This document shows, in pieces, positions 1-13,800 of a stretch of DNA of 64,000 nt (positions are counted from its first letter, which is position 1; each line of letters begins with the position of its first letter). This DNA comes from Phoronis australis (Eukaryota > Animalia > Phoronida). The notes under the pieces are model-generated. The model made no database searches and was not told where the DNA came from. It was given only the letters and a program-made list of their open reading frames with translations. A program made the position numbers and the translations under genes. The stretch covers positions 616,186-680,185 of the forward strand of contig NMRA01000088.1 in assembly GCA_002633005.1 (NCBI GenBank), given 5' to 3'.

Positions 1-1112
1 GTGTCCTCAGCTTCTGATGGTCCCCAATACACTACATATATAATACTCAAGGTATGACACTCGGGGCTAGAAATTCCACGGGTGTTTCGATTCAGCCGTC
101 CATATCAAACGCATAACTCAATAAATTTACACAAAACAGAGATTCAACAAACCATGAGCAATTGCTCTTTCTTATAATACCATTCACGGTGTCCTGCTCC
201 AGCGAGTTCGCAAGAAATTCACAGTCAAAGCACAAAAATGTTCCCAAAAACCCAAACATACCTCGCACTTTGACAGCTCGAGGTCAAGAACGGTACAGAA
301 GTTGCCGGTTAATCGCGCAAAGTCACGATGTCGACAACGCCGTCCATCCGTAACTCATCGGTAATTTCCGTTCCGTCATCGACCTCGAACCGCCAAAGTG
401 CGAGGTGTGTTTGGGTTTCTGGGAACATTTTTGTGCTTTGACTGCGAATTTCTTGCGAACTCGCCGGATCAGGACACCGTGAATGGTATTATAAGAAAGA
501 ACAATTGCTCATGGTTTATTGAACCCTGTTTTGTGTAAATTTATTGAGTTTTGTGTTTGAAGCACCCGTGTAATTTCTAGTCCCCAGTGTCTTACCTTGT
601 GGTATTATATGTAGTNCACAATTAAGTTTAAGTGGTTTCTCTAATACATTTTACTCTTCTCTTTTGAGAGCTTCAAGATACATTGAGTCCTGTACTCATG
701 CTGTGGATTATCTGTCTATCATGTAACTCAACATAGATTATCATACTAAAAAGATTTACAGATCTTGATTTTTGCAGCCTAGTGACAATACACACATCCT
801 GAATGGAACAAACCTCCTAATTTTTGTTTAGTTTCCCTATGTGCCGTCCTTTTAAAAAGAAAAAGACATCCAAACAGTGTGCTAAATAAAGAAATGACCT
901 TTTTTATGTAACAATTTTTTCCTCACCGGGTGGGGGAATTCCCCCATCTCCCCCCACCTCCCCCCCCCAACTTCCCCCCCATCAGCGCTACGCGCCTCAG
1001 ATTTGCGCTTTGCACGAGTCGTCAGTCTCACGAATTTGGACCCCCAATTTTCAAATCCTAGATGAGTCCCTGTATGTAGTGTATTGGGGACGCGATTAGA
1101 AACTGAGGACGC
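1..1112. mobile_element. Long-inverted-repeat (foldback/MITE) element, interrupted by an insertion at 616-1072; left end may extend outside window
   Basis: About 31-310 is the reverse complement of about 355-615; 1-38 pairs with 1073-1110. Confidence 0.8.
616..1072. mobile_element. hAT-like non-autonomous insertion with 8-bp TSD
   Basis: TATGTAGT at 608-615 and 1073-1080; right end TCCTAGATGAGTCCCTG; left end obscured by n at 616. Confidence 0.65.
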
Positions 1113-1795
1113 CTGTGCTGTATTCGAGATGGCGGACTTACTAACTACAGAGATCGCCGTAAGAGGCGCTTACGTACACCAATACACTACACCAAGTCAT
1201 GAGCTATGGAAAATATCCCCAGATAAAGAAAGCTTAGCTCTTTAATCAGCGGTTTAGCAGGAGTGTAACATCGGGAATAAGTCAGTGTGATTCCTGGCTG
1301 CTTTCTTCCGTACGTTGAGAGGATGGGAGTTTTCGAAACTCTAGGTGTTAATCGTGTAAGATTGGATACGACAAAATACGTGCATTGTAGAATTATGACA
1401 AAGGTGGGTTTTTTCTGCAATAAGTAAATATTTAAGCTCAAAAGAGTCCTGCGTGTATTGGCTAGTAGGTTATTTCATTAAATACTTCGTGTACGTGTCT
1501 GTTCCAAGACAAAGTGCTGTCGAGAAATAATCCAAGTGACACATTAAGAAGGAAGTGAAGTACAATTGAGTGCTCTGTCGAGCTTCTCTGCCAGATACCT
1601 AGTGACGCATTGTGTGAATTCTCCAAACCCGGTGGAAACCAGCACTCGACAACTGTAGTCAGTCATGAAACTAAACAGAGATATTAACAAGCAATACCTC
1701 AGAGTTGGTCTATTATTTGACCTAGTATAGCAGGGGTGCAATTTTTGAAATTCTACAGATGACGCATTGTCTTGAGATGTGAATGATTAACTTAC

Positions 1796-1896
1796 CGTCA
1801 TGAGAAGTGGAGTTAATCCTCGCCACAAAAATTCCCAAACAATACTCGGCATATTGTTAGTCATCATGGCGACTTCTCTCCGAAAGCGTGTGGCAC
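1796..1896 (-). CDS. SLC6: Gene A exon, IL5-TM11 ([33 protein letters not shown])
   Basis: 101 bp, AAG acceptor, |GTAAG donor; matches paralog exon 48031-48131. Confidence 0.93.
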
Positions 1897-4800
1897 CTTA
1901 ACAGAAAGAAAATCATTCATCTCAATGAGAAAATGTATGTCCAACCCTCTGGAAACTAAGCCTTCCCGGATGTTGCGGGGCCAAGTTCCATCTGATGGGT
2001 GCTTGAAAGTGTCTGATTCCACCGACAGCTGCGTTGTACTCTGTTGGTATCTCTGGACAACAACTCCAGTTGGCCAGGCATCGTCGTAAGTTTCCGAGCA
2101 ATGGATTTATTTTTCGTGCCATTCAAGTATTTCATCACCTAAATTAATGCTGATATCCATCATTTTGTCACTGGCGAATGAAGGTTTGGAAAAATTGCAA
2201 TAGGAACTTCAGTAGAATAGGAAGGTACACGACCGCATTTCGGCCCAGGCATGCGCATATATATGAAACAATGCGTGTTTTTCAAAGATGTTTTCTCGTG
2301 AAGCAGTCTTTTGGCGCCACATTGCGTCACCACGAGAAAACAACAAACAAATCCGGCAGAGAGTAGTAGTTTGAACATTAGGTACCCGTGGTAAAAGTAT
2401 AGATCGATCGCAGGTACCAGAGCATACTGTGCTGGTTTTGTTCGTAGCAGTTTGACTTAACTAAGGATACTCACAGTGACGGATGCGAAAGTCAGGCAAT
2501 ACGCCTAACCATTAATTGCTTTAGGAAATTTATGACTTCAGCTGGAGTCATCCTTGTAACGTATTGTTTGTGTAAGTTGGCAGCAACATGAACACATAAT
2601 TTATTTTTGGATCTTTGATGGGACACAACTAACAAGAAAAAGTACAGAAAGCTTCAAAAACCAGAGCCGAGATTGTTGAGCAAAATTACCAGAGCTGAAA
2701 TTGTTGATCACCGTGTGGAGAATGATATTTTGCGCCTTAAGTTGTTAAAAGCATCGATTTTTAAATGTGAGACCCCTAGTCTCAACCGCCATGACACGTG
2801 GCAATAACGCACCCTTGAGTTCTATGCCCAGTGTTTTGTTGTGTCTATAGGCCTACGTAATATCCAACAGGTTTCTTTGCAACTTTGAAGTTTTTCACAC
2901 CTTTCTATACGTTTTCGCGCCAGTTGTTTTAAAGTACATTTCTCTCCCCTGACGATGACAGGTGTGCCCAATCAATTTAGTGTCCATGTGTTTCTTTTCT
3001 CTTCATTCTATCAATGGCTATTGGTCAGCTGCTGCGTTTTGTGCCAATACGTGTGTGATTCCGAACTTAGGAGAGGACTTGCTGGAAGCTAGAATCGGTA
3101 GAAGTCAATGTTTTGCACTTGGATTGTCACATTCTTTTAACCGAATTTATCGTCCAAGGTAGGCTTTAACGAAATTACTCACCGTATACCCATGCTACTA
3201 TGATGCACTCGCACAGAGCTATGGTCATCGTAGCGAAGGCCGCTATATACCAGTCACACAGCTGAAGAACGTACAGTCCTCCCTGGAAAATCAAAAATTG
3301 TCTGTGACAGACGACAAAGGATAACAAAGCGAAGACGGGTCTTTTTCATGAAAGAGACTTAAAACGTTTAGTCAAAAATTTGGTATTACGGTCCACTGAC
3401 ATATCTGTTTCCGAAAAACAATTCAAATTAACCTCAGCAAAAGAATAAAGTATCTGAAAAATACCCATAAGTGTTACTTACTGAGAAAAGTTGTGCAAAT
3501 TATTTCGAGACGGTGATGTGTGAATAATTACATGACTAGATCGTTATTTGGTAATTGTGAAGTGTGAGCGTAAGGTCACATTTCTGTCTTAGGTATTAAG
3601 GTCAGATGTTAAGGGAATCTTTATTTAGATATTCATATATATTATTCGAATCATTGTTACTGTACAACTTTTGCCCTGACGGTTCTGTGGAAGGGTAACC
3701 CAACTTCGCGGCCCCCGACGGGCTAGTAGGTAGATTTGCAGTTTCGCAGCTAATTCATCAAAATAATCACATGCACGTTTTTTTTTCTTTGGCTCACTAG
3801 TGCAGTCTAGTTTTGTTACCAACTATGGCTGGTAAATGTTCGTGATGTCTTCAGTCCGGCCGCGATGGGCCTGATCGGGTTCCGAGCCACTGGCCGGGAT
3901 AGCAATAGTTTTGTGTGTTTAGAACTCAAAAATCGCGTCTAAAATTACACCAAACTCCCGTGACCGACCTTGGTAAATTGGCCGAACATTGTATGCTACG
4001 GTACGTTCAAATACCTAAAAATCCGTAACAGCGAAATAAAATAGCACGTTTTTTCAATAACTCTGTGTATTTGTAAGGGTTTTACATCGAATTTTGATGA
4101 TTTATTAGTGTAAAACGATGAATTCAAGCCATATGCTGACACCAGTAAGCGTGTTCCGAACTGCTGAACAGACTGCATTCGAACCTCTGACGTCATTGGT
4201 TAATTTCAACACTTCCGTCTGCCGTCAGGTGTCACGTAAAAGAGTTGTACTTGCTGTTATCGAGTGGAACTACTCGATCTAACTTGATACAAACTAGGTT
4301 GTTTTTGGGTGCAATTCTCCTTTAAAATGTCTTGGGTAGACAGCACTTTGATTAATTTATGTATTCGACGTTTCAAGACGACACAAATTATGACGATTCA
4401 TTTGCTCCAACAAATTGTTAGCGCTTGGTTATGCTTACCTCGGCAATAAACGGAAGACCAATGAGATACATTCCGATTGAAATAGCGGCAATCAGCCATG
4501 TTTTCCGTTGGCGAAGTGTCTCGGGAAATTTGTCGATGGCGACGGTGGTTACAACCTCTATCATGACGAACTAAAAATAGTTACACAAGTGCGTGCGAAA
4601 TGTGTTGGGATCAGACAATGATTAGAGGTCTAATCGTTCAACTCGAAATCGAACCCAAAATTATTTTGGCATTTTCTATATTTTTTCTTACTATAAATGT
4701 ACATAATTCTATTTTCAAGTACATAATGGCTTACGTGCACAACTTTCTAGTCCTAGTTTGCATTAGATGACCCCAACATTGGAGCTAAAAGTTCGAGTCT

Positions 4801-7800
4801 AAACTCATAATTTCAAGTTTTAACTCGAAATTTCTTGTTTTGACAAGTTTGTAGTATGGATATATGGCCTGGGATATCAAATGCAAATCTGGACCAGCAA
4901 TTCACGTGCGCATACCATACTTTACCACAGACTAATAACCGTTTATTTTGAGTTCGCGCCAAAGTAGAACAGAAAATGCCAAAAACAATTTCGAGCTCGA
5001 TTTAGAGTACAAAGATTAAGCCCCCGGCCTCAGACGGGTTATACTCAGCAACAGCATCGTCCGAGAGGAGTGACAATGTACAAGGATGAGTCAAAACACA
5101 CAGAAATACATTCTTGGGCCTCAGATCACGGGCGATCTCACTGAATGCAAAATTCATATGCATAATTCTGTTCTTACAAAAATGCACTTCGGTTCTTGTG
5201 AAGATTTGTCGACTCAGCTGGGTAAATTTTCGGTTTGAGTGAAAATTACTTGTAGGTGGGATTTGCAACACTCCCTTAGCACCCAGGGGAGGGTGAAGAG
5301 GGGGTGACTTGTAGGGTGTATATGTGATTTGCCTGGCCAAAACTGTTACTGACCTGGATGGCGACCAGATTAATGGAAGAGTTTGCAAGACAAATTAGTT
5401 CTCGCAGTTGCTGGGTACTCATTTGTTTAATGCATCGAGCGACATCTTAACAGACCAAACAATCAATGCCCCAAGATTGACAGTCATCAAAAAGTGCGAA
5501 TTACATCTAAATTCTTGGTGGAATGCCAAGTCCCCATACACATGTACTCTAATTCTCATTTTTATGAAGCTTGTAACACCGTTTCAGCATTAACATGACC
5601 GTAAAAATGTGGTATTTTGTGTCCAACAAACATTGCGATTAAGCGGTGACCGACAGAGGGGGAGCCTCGCGAAAATGCATGAACGTACCTGGCTGTCCAG
5701 CCCCACAGTGAAGAGCATAATAAAGAAAATGATGGACCACAATGGAGAGATGGGCAGTTTCGTCATGGCATCAGGGTATGCCACAAAAGCCAAACCAGGA
5801 CCTGAAAAACACATGCTCACAAATAATTCTAGGCCTTTCCAACGCGTACCTTGTGGTGTCGCCTTCGATTACGGACCATTTTTTAGTTTGATTCCCACCA
5901 CGACTCCGAAAAACTACATCTGCGTTGGAAAAACTTAAACTATATTCCACGTTTGACGTTTGCTTTTTACGGATACGACATGCGTGAGCGACCCAATAGA
6001 CCCAGTACCCTTTCGACTTATAAAAAGTATATGTACAGGTTTTTGTCAGTGTAAATTTTAATTTAGTTTCCCGCTACATAACTACATTGTAGATCTTACC
6101 ACAAATATATATATAAATTTTAAAGAGACATTTCCCCTCTACTCGTGGCCTAAACCGAAATATTACGAGATAAGCCTTTTATTAAATTTTGTAAGGTAGT
6201 CAAAGACATTTTTTTACCACGGTAGTAATTGGAACTTGAGAGATCGCCTTCGACCGCACTGAGATGGCTCAGTTTTGGTAGTGTTCGTCAATCCTGATTA
6301 AATTGAATTCGTGTTTTTTACCATCTGACAGGTCAATCGATGTACAGCTTTATCGGTTTTACTGGATTCTCCGACCGTTGTCTTTTAGGCCAGCCAATCG
6401 GCATTGTGTTATTTTTACCTCGTGACATCTGTGGCTGGTTGCATTAAACAAACCCAGTAGGTATTCAGTCACGTTCCCTCAATTTTCAGCACATTTGTAG
6501 ACTTTGTTTACTCACTAATGTTACATTTTTCTATTATGTTATCTTTATTCTCAGCCAATCTTTTACTTTTGACATATTCTATTAATAAATCCGAAAAACT
6601 GAGTCCTTGTTTCAATGGAAATAAAGACGTACTATGTTTTTGAATTGGGGATGTTCCATGAAAAGGTCCCTCTTTATGTTCAACAATATTAAATCCAACT
6701 TGGAGTATAGTCCCCTTGTGTATCAAAAGCAAAACGCAGTCCAGCAAGTAAGACAGTCACTGTTTGCACGAAGTCCACAGATGCGCTGAAAATTTAGGAA
6801 ACATAGTCAAGTACCAACTGGGACTATTTTTTGCAACCAGGAACAATACTATAAAACTGCTGAAGAGCGGGAGACTATTTCAAGAAGACAGTAATTCGGT
6901 TTTACGCTCCCACTAATTGCTGAAAAAAGGTTGAGCCAAGTAATTACCATCCCATAACACTGTACAGATTATCTTTGTAACTAGCCGTGATATGTATATT
7001 CTCTATCACTGAAGTGAAATTTAATTATTTTTCAGAAATGATTGTATGGAAATAACTAAAGACAAATTCCCGACGTTTTAATTCACTGTTCATGAAAAAG
7101 CCCCTAGGCTCAGCAGTGTTATGGAAGATGGTAATATTGGTATGCGTGGTCCGTGAGTAAGAGGGAGATGGCTCTTTTTAAGACTTCAAGCTATATTTCG
7201 CCCTGTTTAGCTGGTTACAAACAGAAATCGCTTTCATTGTAACCCGTGATAGGATTCTAGATCATCGAAGCCATTAGCGACATTTCAGAATCCATTGGGG
7301 TTAGCCAACCCTAAAATTTCGAATTGGATGTGACGCATGAACGTGTTGCCTAGGACTCCTGTTGGTAAAGAAATGGAATCCCATCGGTCATAGGAATATC
7401 ATGAGACCGATTTCACGAGAGTAACGCTTAATTCGACTTTCGTTTTTCGCCAGTTAAAGGAGCGAAATGCAACTTTAAACCAGTCATACTAGGTGTAAAA
7501 TCTGTGGTATTTCATTGAGTGGAATACATTAGTAGCTTAGACCCGTATACACATCACGTAAACATATTCGAAGGGTTGACGATTGCACGCGCTATCCGTA
7601 AAAAGGTTAATTCCTACAACATTGTTACGACATGGTCCGTTTCATAGTTTTTGTTAGTCGGCAAGACTCCTTCAGCTCGGACCTGATGTCCGAGGCGGAT
7701 TTCGAAATTTACCCTCCGTTATCACATCCTTGACGTTTTTGTTGACTTCTTTAGCCATGACTCCGATAATGCAGAAGATTACGCAGCCTCCAAAGAAGCT

Positions 7801-10800
7801 CGATAAACACGTAGCTAGAGGTACGAAGATTGCATCTCTGAAACGAAAGCCTAGGTTAAAGTGCAATAATGGAACCGATGACGATGGTAATGGTGGTGTT
7901 GATGATAATGATAACGTTGACGATAAATGACGACGAAGATGACGGTAATGACGACGCCGATAATGACAATGATGACTACAACTAATTCATGATGTCAGTT
8001 ACAGATTAATCGAGGTTACACAGGCCGTCGGGAAACTCGCTAAGCAAATACGGACAAGTACGGAGCAGTGGGGACCTATCTATGAAAACGGAAATCGATT
8101 TTGAAATAGAGCATCACAATTTATGACAAATGCAGATTCTGCAGCCCTGAACTCACCATCATCCATTGGATATCATACGCGCACCCAGCCTACAATATAG
8201 GGGGCTCGAATTTCTCGATATGGGAACCCATTACTGGAGAAAATCAACGAAGATTTAAAAAAAAACGGGACCACTAGGTTCAGGCCTACGAATTCATGTG
8301 CATCTGCTCCGATTTCCTGTATCCTTTGTGGGCTTTTTTGTCGTTTACTCGGGCTTTTTCTTCACTGGGGCGGACCTTTTTGCCCAATAGGCGCCCCCAC
8401 CACCGGGTGCTCCCATGGATACATTCAAAAATGACTACTTTAGGCAGTTCAGTACTTAAGAAAAAGTGCAGCATTCGATGACGTAACACAATACCGATGA
8501 CGTTAACACAATACCGATGACGCTTTAGGATCAGAAAAGGTAATGTTGTAATTTTAAAAAGCCACTGTAATAGACTTTTTCGTTCGGTCATTCAGACCCT
8601 AAATCATTGAGGGTCTGACGTACAACAAGCAAATAGTAAAGACCTCGGTGAAAAGTTCCCATAACGATGCAGAGTGCAGCGAAAACAAGTGATGATGGTG
8701 ACAACATCAACGACAGTGATTTTGATGACGATGATAAAAACTATAATGGTTGTTAGGAAATAATTGATCAGAGGGCGAAGATACGTAAGATAATAAGCTA
8801 ATTAAATCACGTGCTAATTGCCTGAACGTTTTATTCAATTACCAATCATGTAGCGAAGTTGCAGTGGCGGATTTAAGGGGGGGGCAAGGGGGCCAGCTTC
8901 CATTTGGCAGTTCGGGGGTGCGAATGTCTGACAGGCAAAATCCTGGCTAATACTCCGCCCTTCCCCCCAACTCAAGATCTTGGATCCGCCCCTGAGCTGT
9001 ATCAGTTACCTGACGTCGAATTCGGTGCAGGTGAGCTACGAGATGTTGAGCAGAATATGTAGTCAACGGTAGAAATGAATTTTCAGTGAAATAAGTATAT
9101 GTAATGAAAAGCGGAGACCACTACGACAATGAGGACACTGGTAAGTATTAGATGTACGAGCTTCGACGGACCGATAGGAATGAAAGTCATGTACGGATAA
9201 CTGTGGGGCGTGTTTCATTTGTAGGCTAGATATCGATGATAGTTGGTGATTTGATGCTCACGACATAGCTGGCAGCAGAAACGACTGCAAATTTCGGAAG
9301 ACGTAAAACTTTGTTTTGATATTAATGTGAAGAACGAATTTCAGAATTTCAGCTAAACCGATGCGTTGCTCGTCGTGTTCAACAAATAAAAAACATAGAC
9401 AGGCAAGGAACGAGGCCTATCCTATGAATTAGCACACTGAGCATGCGCAGCTTAAACCTCCGTCTATCAGTCACAATGTCAGCGCTGTTGACGTGGATGA
9501 TGGTGACGACGACATTGATGACAAGAATCATTGTAACATCATGGCATTATTCAACAAGGGTTTGAACGATGAACTTAGAGTGAAATTCAAGAGGCGTAGT
9601 ACAATTCAATCCACCTGATAAAAACAGTAAAACGGATAAAAGGCATCCCTTTCGTATAAGATGAATGCTTTGAAGTGAAGCTGTCTTAAATGCCATTTAA
9701 ATGTGAGTGCAAAAGGAAAACAAATAACAAGCGCTTTAGTGAACGATGACATGTTACAATACTAATACTACATCCAAGGTCCAGACGTTTTGTTATTTTG
9801 TTTAGAACACTTTCAGTGAAAACCAAACACTTAAAAGGTGAACACTGCAGAACGACCAAACACCAGAATGACATTCGCAAAATGAAAAGTTGACGGGTTT
9901 GTAAAGAATTGAAAAACCAGGACGACATCGCAGCGATGTAACCTAGTTTCAGTTACTTTGCTCACCACTGGTGACATGAGACCAAAAAGGTGCAGTATCT
10001 CTCAACAACAATTTAGGTGAGGAGCCGGCACATTTTTTATACCTGGAGATGTTGTTGTTAAATTTGTTGTAGCTCGACATGGTGATCAGGCCTCCCCAAG
10101 CTGGTCCAAGCGTGTAAAAGATCTGCATGGCAGCCAAAGCCCACGTCTGAAAGGAAATAAACACTAGCGTTTCAAGCAGATTCAACACAGTTTCAAAACA
10201 AGTGAATACAGAAGTGTACCTAGCTTCAGCTTGCTAGATTGTGTAGAAACAAAGAGATTGCTGGGGTTTAGAGGAGGGTGCTACATTTTTAGGGCGAGTT
10301 GGTCAATTGGGTGTATTTTATTTGTTCTGAAATGTATTTTTAATCTTTGTAGTCGGTTTTAAAATGGCTTTATCTGCGAGAAAAGGGAAAGTTTCTGAGA
10401 TCAGCCCCCGAGCTGACGGCCCTAATCCCCACTGGTTAAATGGCGGAGAGTTTTAAGCGCATTTCACTGGTAAAGTCACGGGCTTTGGCTTCAGCGAATG
10501 TCTTTCTGACAGCGATGAGAATTGGCGATCTTTAGTAAATTTTGTTGTTTTATAGCCCTGGTCTAAGCAAATAACTTCAGAAAATCTATCCCATCCAACA
10601 ATAATTCCAGTCCGTTTTTAGTGCGTACAAACGATAGTGTCTCTTTAACTGGAACGCATTTGATAACCAATAACAATACCTGAAACCAGAAGTACAACGC
10701 TGTGAACAAGTCGCATAGTGCAAATGCGGTTTCTGATCGACTTAATTACTGAAGTATTAGTTTTATTACAGGCTTAAAAAGGACAAATATCAAGTTGGCC

Positions 10801-13800
10801 AGTTACTAAAATCTCTCCGGCTGCCTTCTTGTATTCTGGTTATTTCTTTGAACTGCGGCTGTTAAAATCGCATTAGTATCTTTAGTGGGGAGGCTCAGGG
10901 TTGTAAGTGAATGTAAATGCCCACAAACGGGCGTGAGGGTATTTAGTTTCCGTGATTTTGTACAGAGTGAGTTTTAGATGCTTAAGTTGAAAGCAACACA
11001 GGCAGTAACATGTGTAAAATATGAAAGGCAAGGGATTGGCAAAGTGGACACACTACAGAATCGTATTGTACCCTGTTGACTTAACTAATGGAGAAGACCT
11101 GTAATAGAAACCTTACTTGAGCCGAAATACTTTGTGCTAGATCATATATCAACAAGGACTCGAGTGCTCCTTGTCTAGAACCTAGAAACTACGATTCGAG
11201 TGTAGGGCAGTTGCCGCCCGAGTTTTTGAAATTAAGCCCAGCTTTTGGAGCATAATATAGAAATTGCTAAGCGTTACTGTTGTGGTGTTTGGTGCATATC
11301 CGATTGTAGTATCGTCGTTTGGTAATTTCACAAACATTCCTACATTTTCTCACAATGTGGATCCTCCGGTTAAAGGAGGGCGGTCCTTCCTCACAGGCAT
11401 CGATTATCTTGCCCAAACCGTTAGTCACATGTGCCGAAACTAAAGTATGTAATTAGTTCTTAAACTTGCTACAAACTTTCCAGGATTGGCAAAGGTTACA
11501 CCATATTTGATTGCTCCAGAAATTTAACTGACACAGCTACATATAGATCGAGCTGATATCGCTAAAACGAGGTTCACCGTCCTTTTAAGTTTTGATGCTT
11601 ATCATTCTCAGCTGGGATGTCATCAACTCACCTTGGGACTCGCTAGCTTTTCGAAGTCTGGTGTAAGGAAAAATAGAATTCCGTCTGTGGCGCCATCTAG
11701 TGTCAGTCCACGGATCAGCAACACCAAAAGACAGAAATAAGGTAACGTAGCCGTTACATACACCACCTAGTGGGGAACAAAATTATTCGTTGTAAAGTTA
11801 GAGCTATCGACGTCACGAATGGAATTGCATTCGTTTAATATTGCCAAAGATATCTACAGTGTAACGAAAGAGTTGGGCACATGGCCACTCGCATTCAAAA
11901 GGCAGTGAAATAAATCAAAGCTTGGATGACATTTACTACAAATAGACCATGGGCCAGAGCTCCAGTCTTTTCACACCGTGGTGATTTGAGAATGATACTT
12001 CGTTTTTCCTTAGTGGCTAGATAAATCCTCAAGGATTTCAAATATCTGTGATATCTGAAAAGTCCCCACAGGTTAAGATCGACAGAATTCTGTTTATGGC
12101 CTCATAACATCATTGAACAAGATGGCTCCTTCCAGACACATACATGTGTTTTAATGGTTGTGCGGGATAAATGCTGCATACTTTTCAGAAGTTAATTCAT
12201 GTGACTAGATGTGTTATTTCTTGCAAGTGATATGGGCAGAAATGGTAAAGAAGACAGAGTGGTGAACATCAGGCGTGTATTCAGTCAGTTCTTAATTTAC
12301 TTATCGCCAGGATTTTGAGTGACGGCTTAACTAACCAATCAGAACGCAATATTCGTGACACACCTTCGTTTCCAAGCTGCCATTTTCCAAAAACAACACG
12401 TTGCCAGGTAAAACTTATTGTTTGTTTGTCGACTTTTCGCAAGGAAGCGGTAGGTCAATTATCACGTAATTACAAGTACTAGTCTGGTTTTGGTGTTATA
12501 AAAATAGGATGAGCAAAGTAACACTGCAGAAATTGAGCAACTGTTAAACAATGTCTCTCTGAATGACCAAACAGTGGAACTTATATCAGGAAAAATTTGG
12601 CCTAAATTTTCTCTTCCCATTTATTTTATTCATTACAAACGATGAAAACATCAGTGAGTGCTTTAAGTAAAGAAGTAGTGAGTGTCGCTTGCAGTTGTTT
12701 TGTACTACGGCATTTTTTGTGAATATTAGCAGGTAATAGGCCATGGGCCGTAGCTCCAGTCGTTTCATCCTGTGACCCTGTCAGGGGAGGCAACTTGATT
12801 TTTTTCTATATGGATACATTTACCGTTAAGCAATTGATATCTGAAAAGTTCCCACGTTTTAGGTTGCACACTTTTGGTAGAAAAACAGTTTTTTGTGAGT
12901 CCAAATATTACATTATTGAACAAGAGGTAGCGCTAAATCCAACAAAAGACTAACACAAGATGGCATCTTAAGCCAATCACAAGCTCAGAAATTAAGTAAA
13001 TGCAGACCTAATCTAACATGGCGGCTCCCTTAGGAGATTTAGGAGATGCTATCAATGAATGCTGCATACACTTTCAAGCAGTAAGTTCATCTGATCTGTT
13101 GAGTTTCTCGGGCAAAAAGCATTGGCTGTGTGTAAGAATGACTTTCCCTTGGAGATGAAGACAGAAATGAGCACAATGTGTGTCACCAGTTGGCATTTGC
13201 ATCAAGTAACTTCACGGGATTGGCGTACGCTCCAGGCAGTACAAATCATGTTATATTACAAGCTTACTGACGTTACAAAGATTGAAAGAGCAAAGAGGAA
13301 AGATTGTGAAACTACGAAGTATGCCGAGAACAGAAGCCCCTGATTATGACCAAGATAATGGTGAGTGTGAATTTTTTTCTGGGAGTATGATAAATTGACG
13401 CAACTCACTGAGTCAGTGACACAAATGGCCAAACTTGGTAAATATTTTCGTGAAAATGGAAAAACTCTCATTTCGGGTCCGTACCAGTACTTCCTAGCAC
13501 CTATATCCACTTGCCCTATTGTTCGTGAATCAAAATAGGAGTATAACGCTTTCGTGACCTGTTTGAGTGGGGCATGGGTCGAAAGTCAAAAGATAACGGT
13601 AGACACATACCAGAGGAAAGTGACAATGGCGTCACAGGTCATTTCTTAATAGGTCTAATTGGGCCCGAACATGACGTCGTCACGTCGTGTCTGAAAGGGG
13701 CCACAATCCAAGGGCAAGGTAATATGTGAAACTGGAAGTCGGCGGTAAACCGGAAGGAAGTGAAAACGAGGTCATAATTGAATCGGAGGTCACGTCACTA

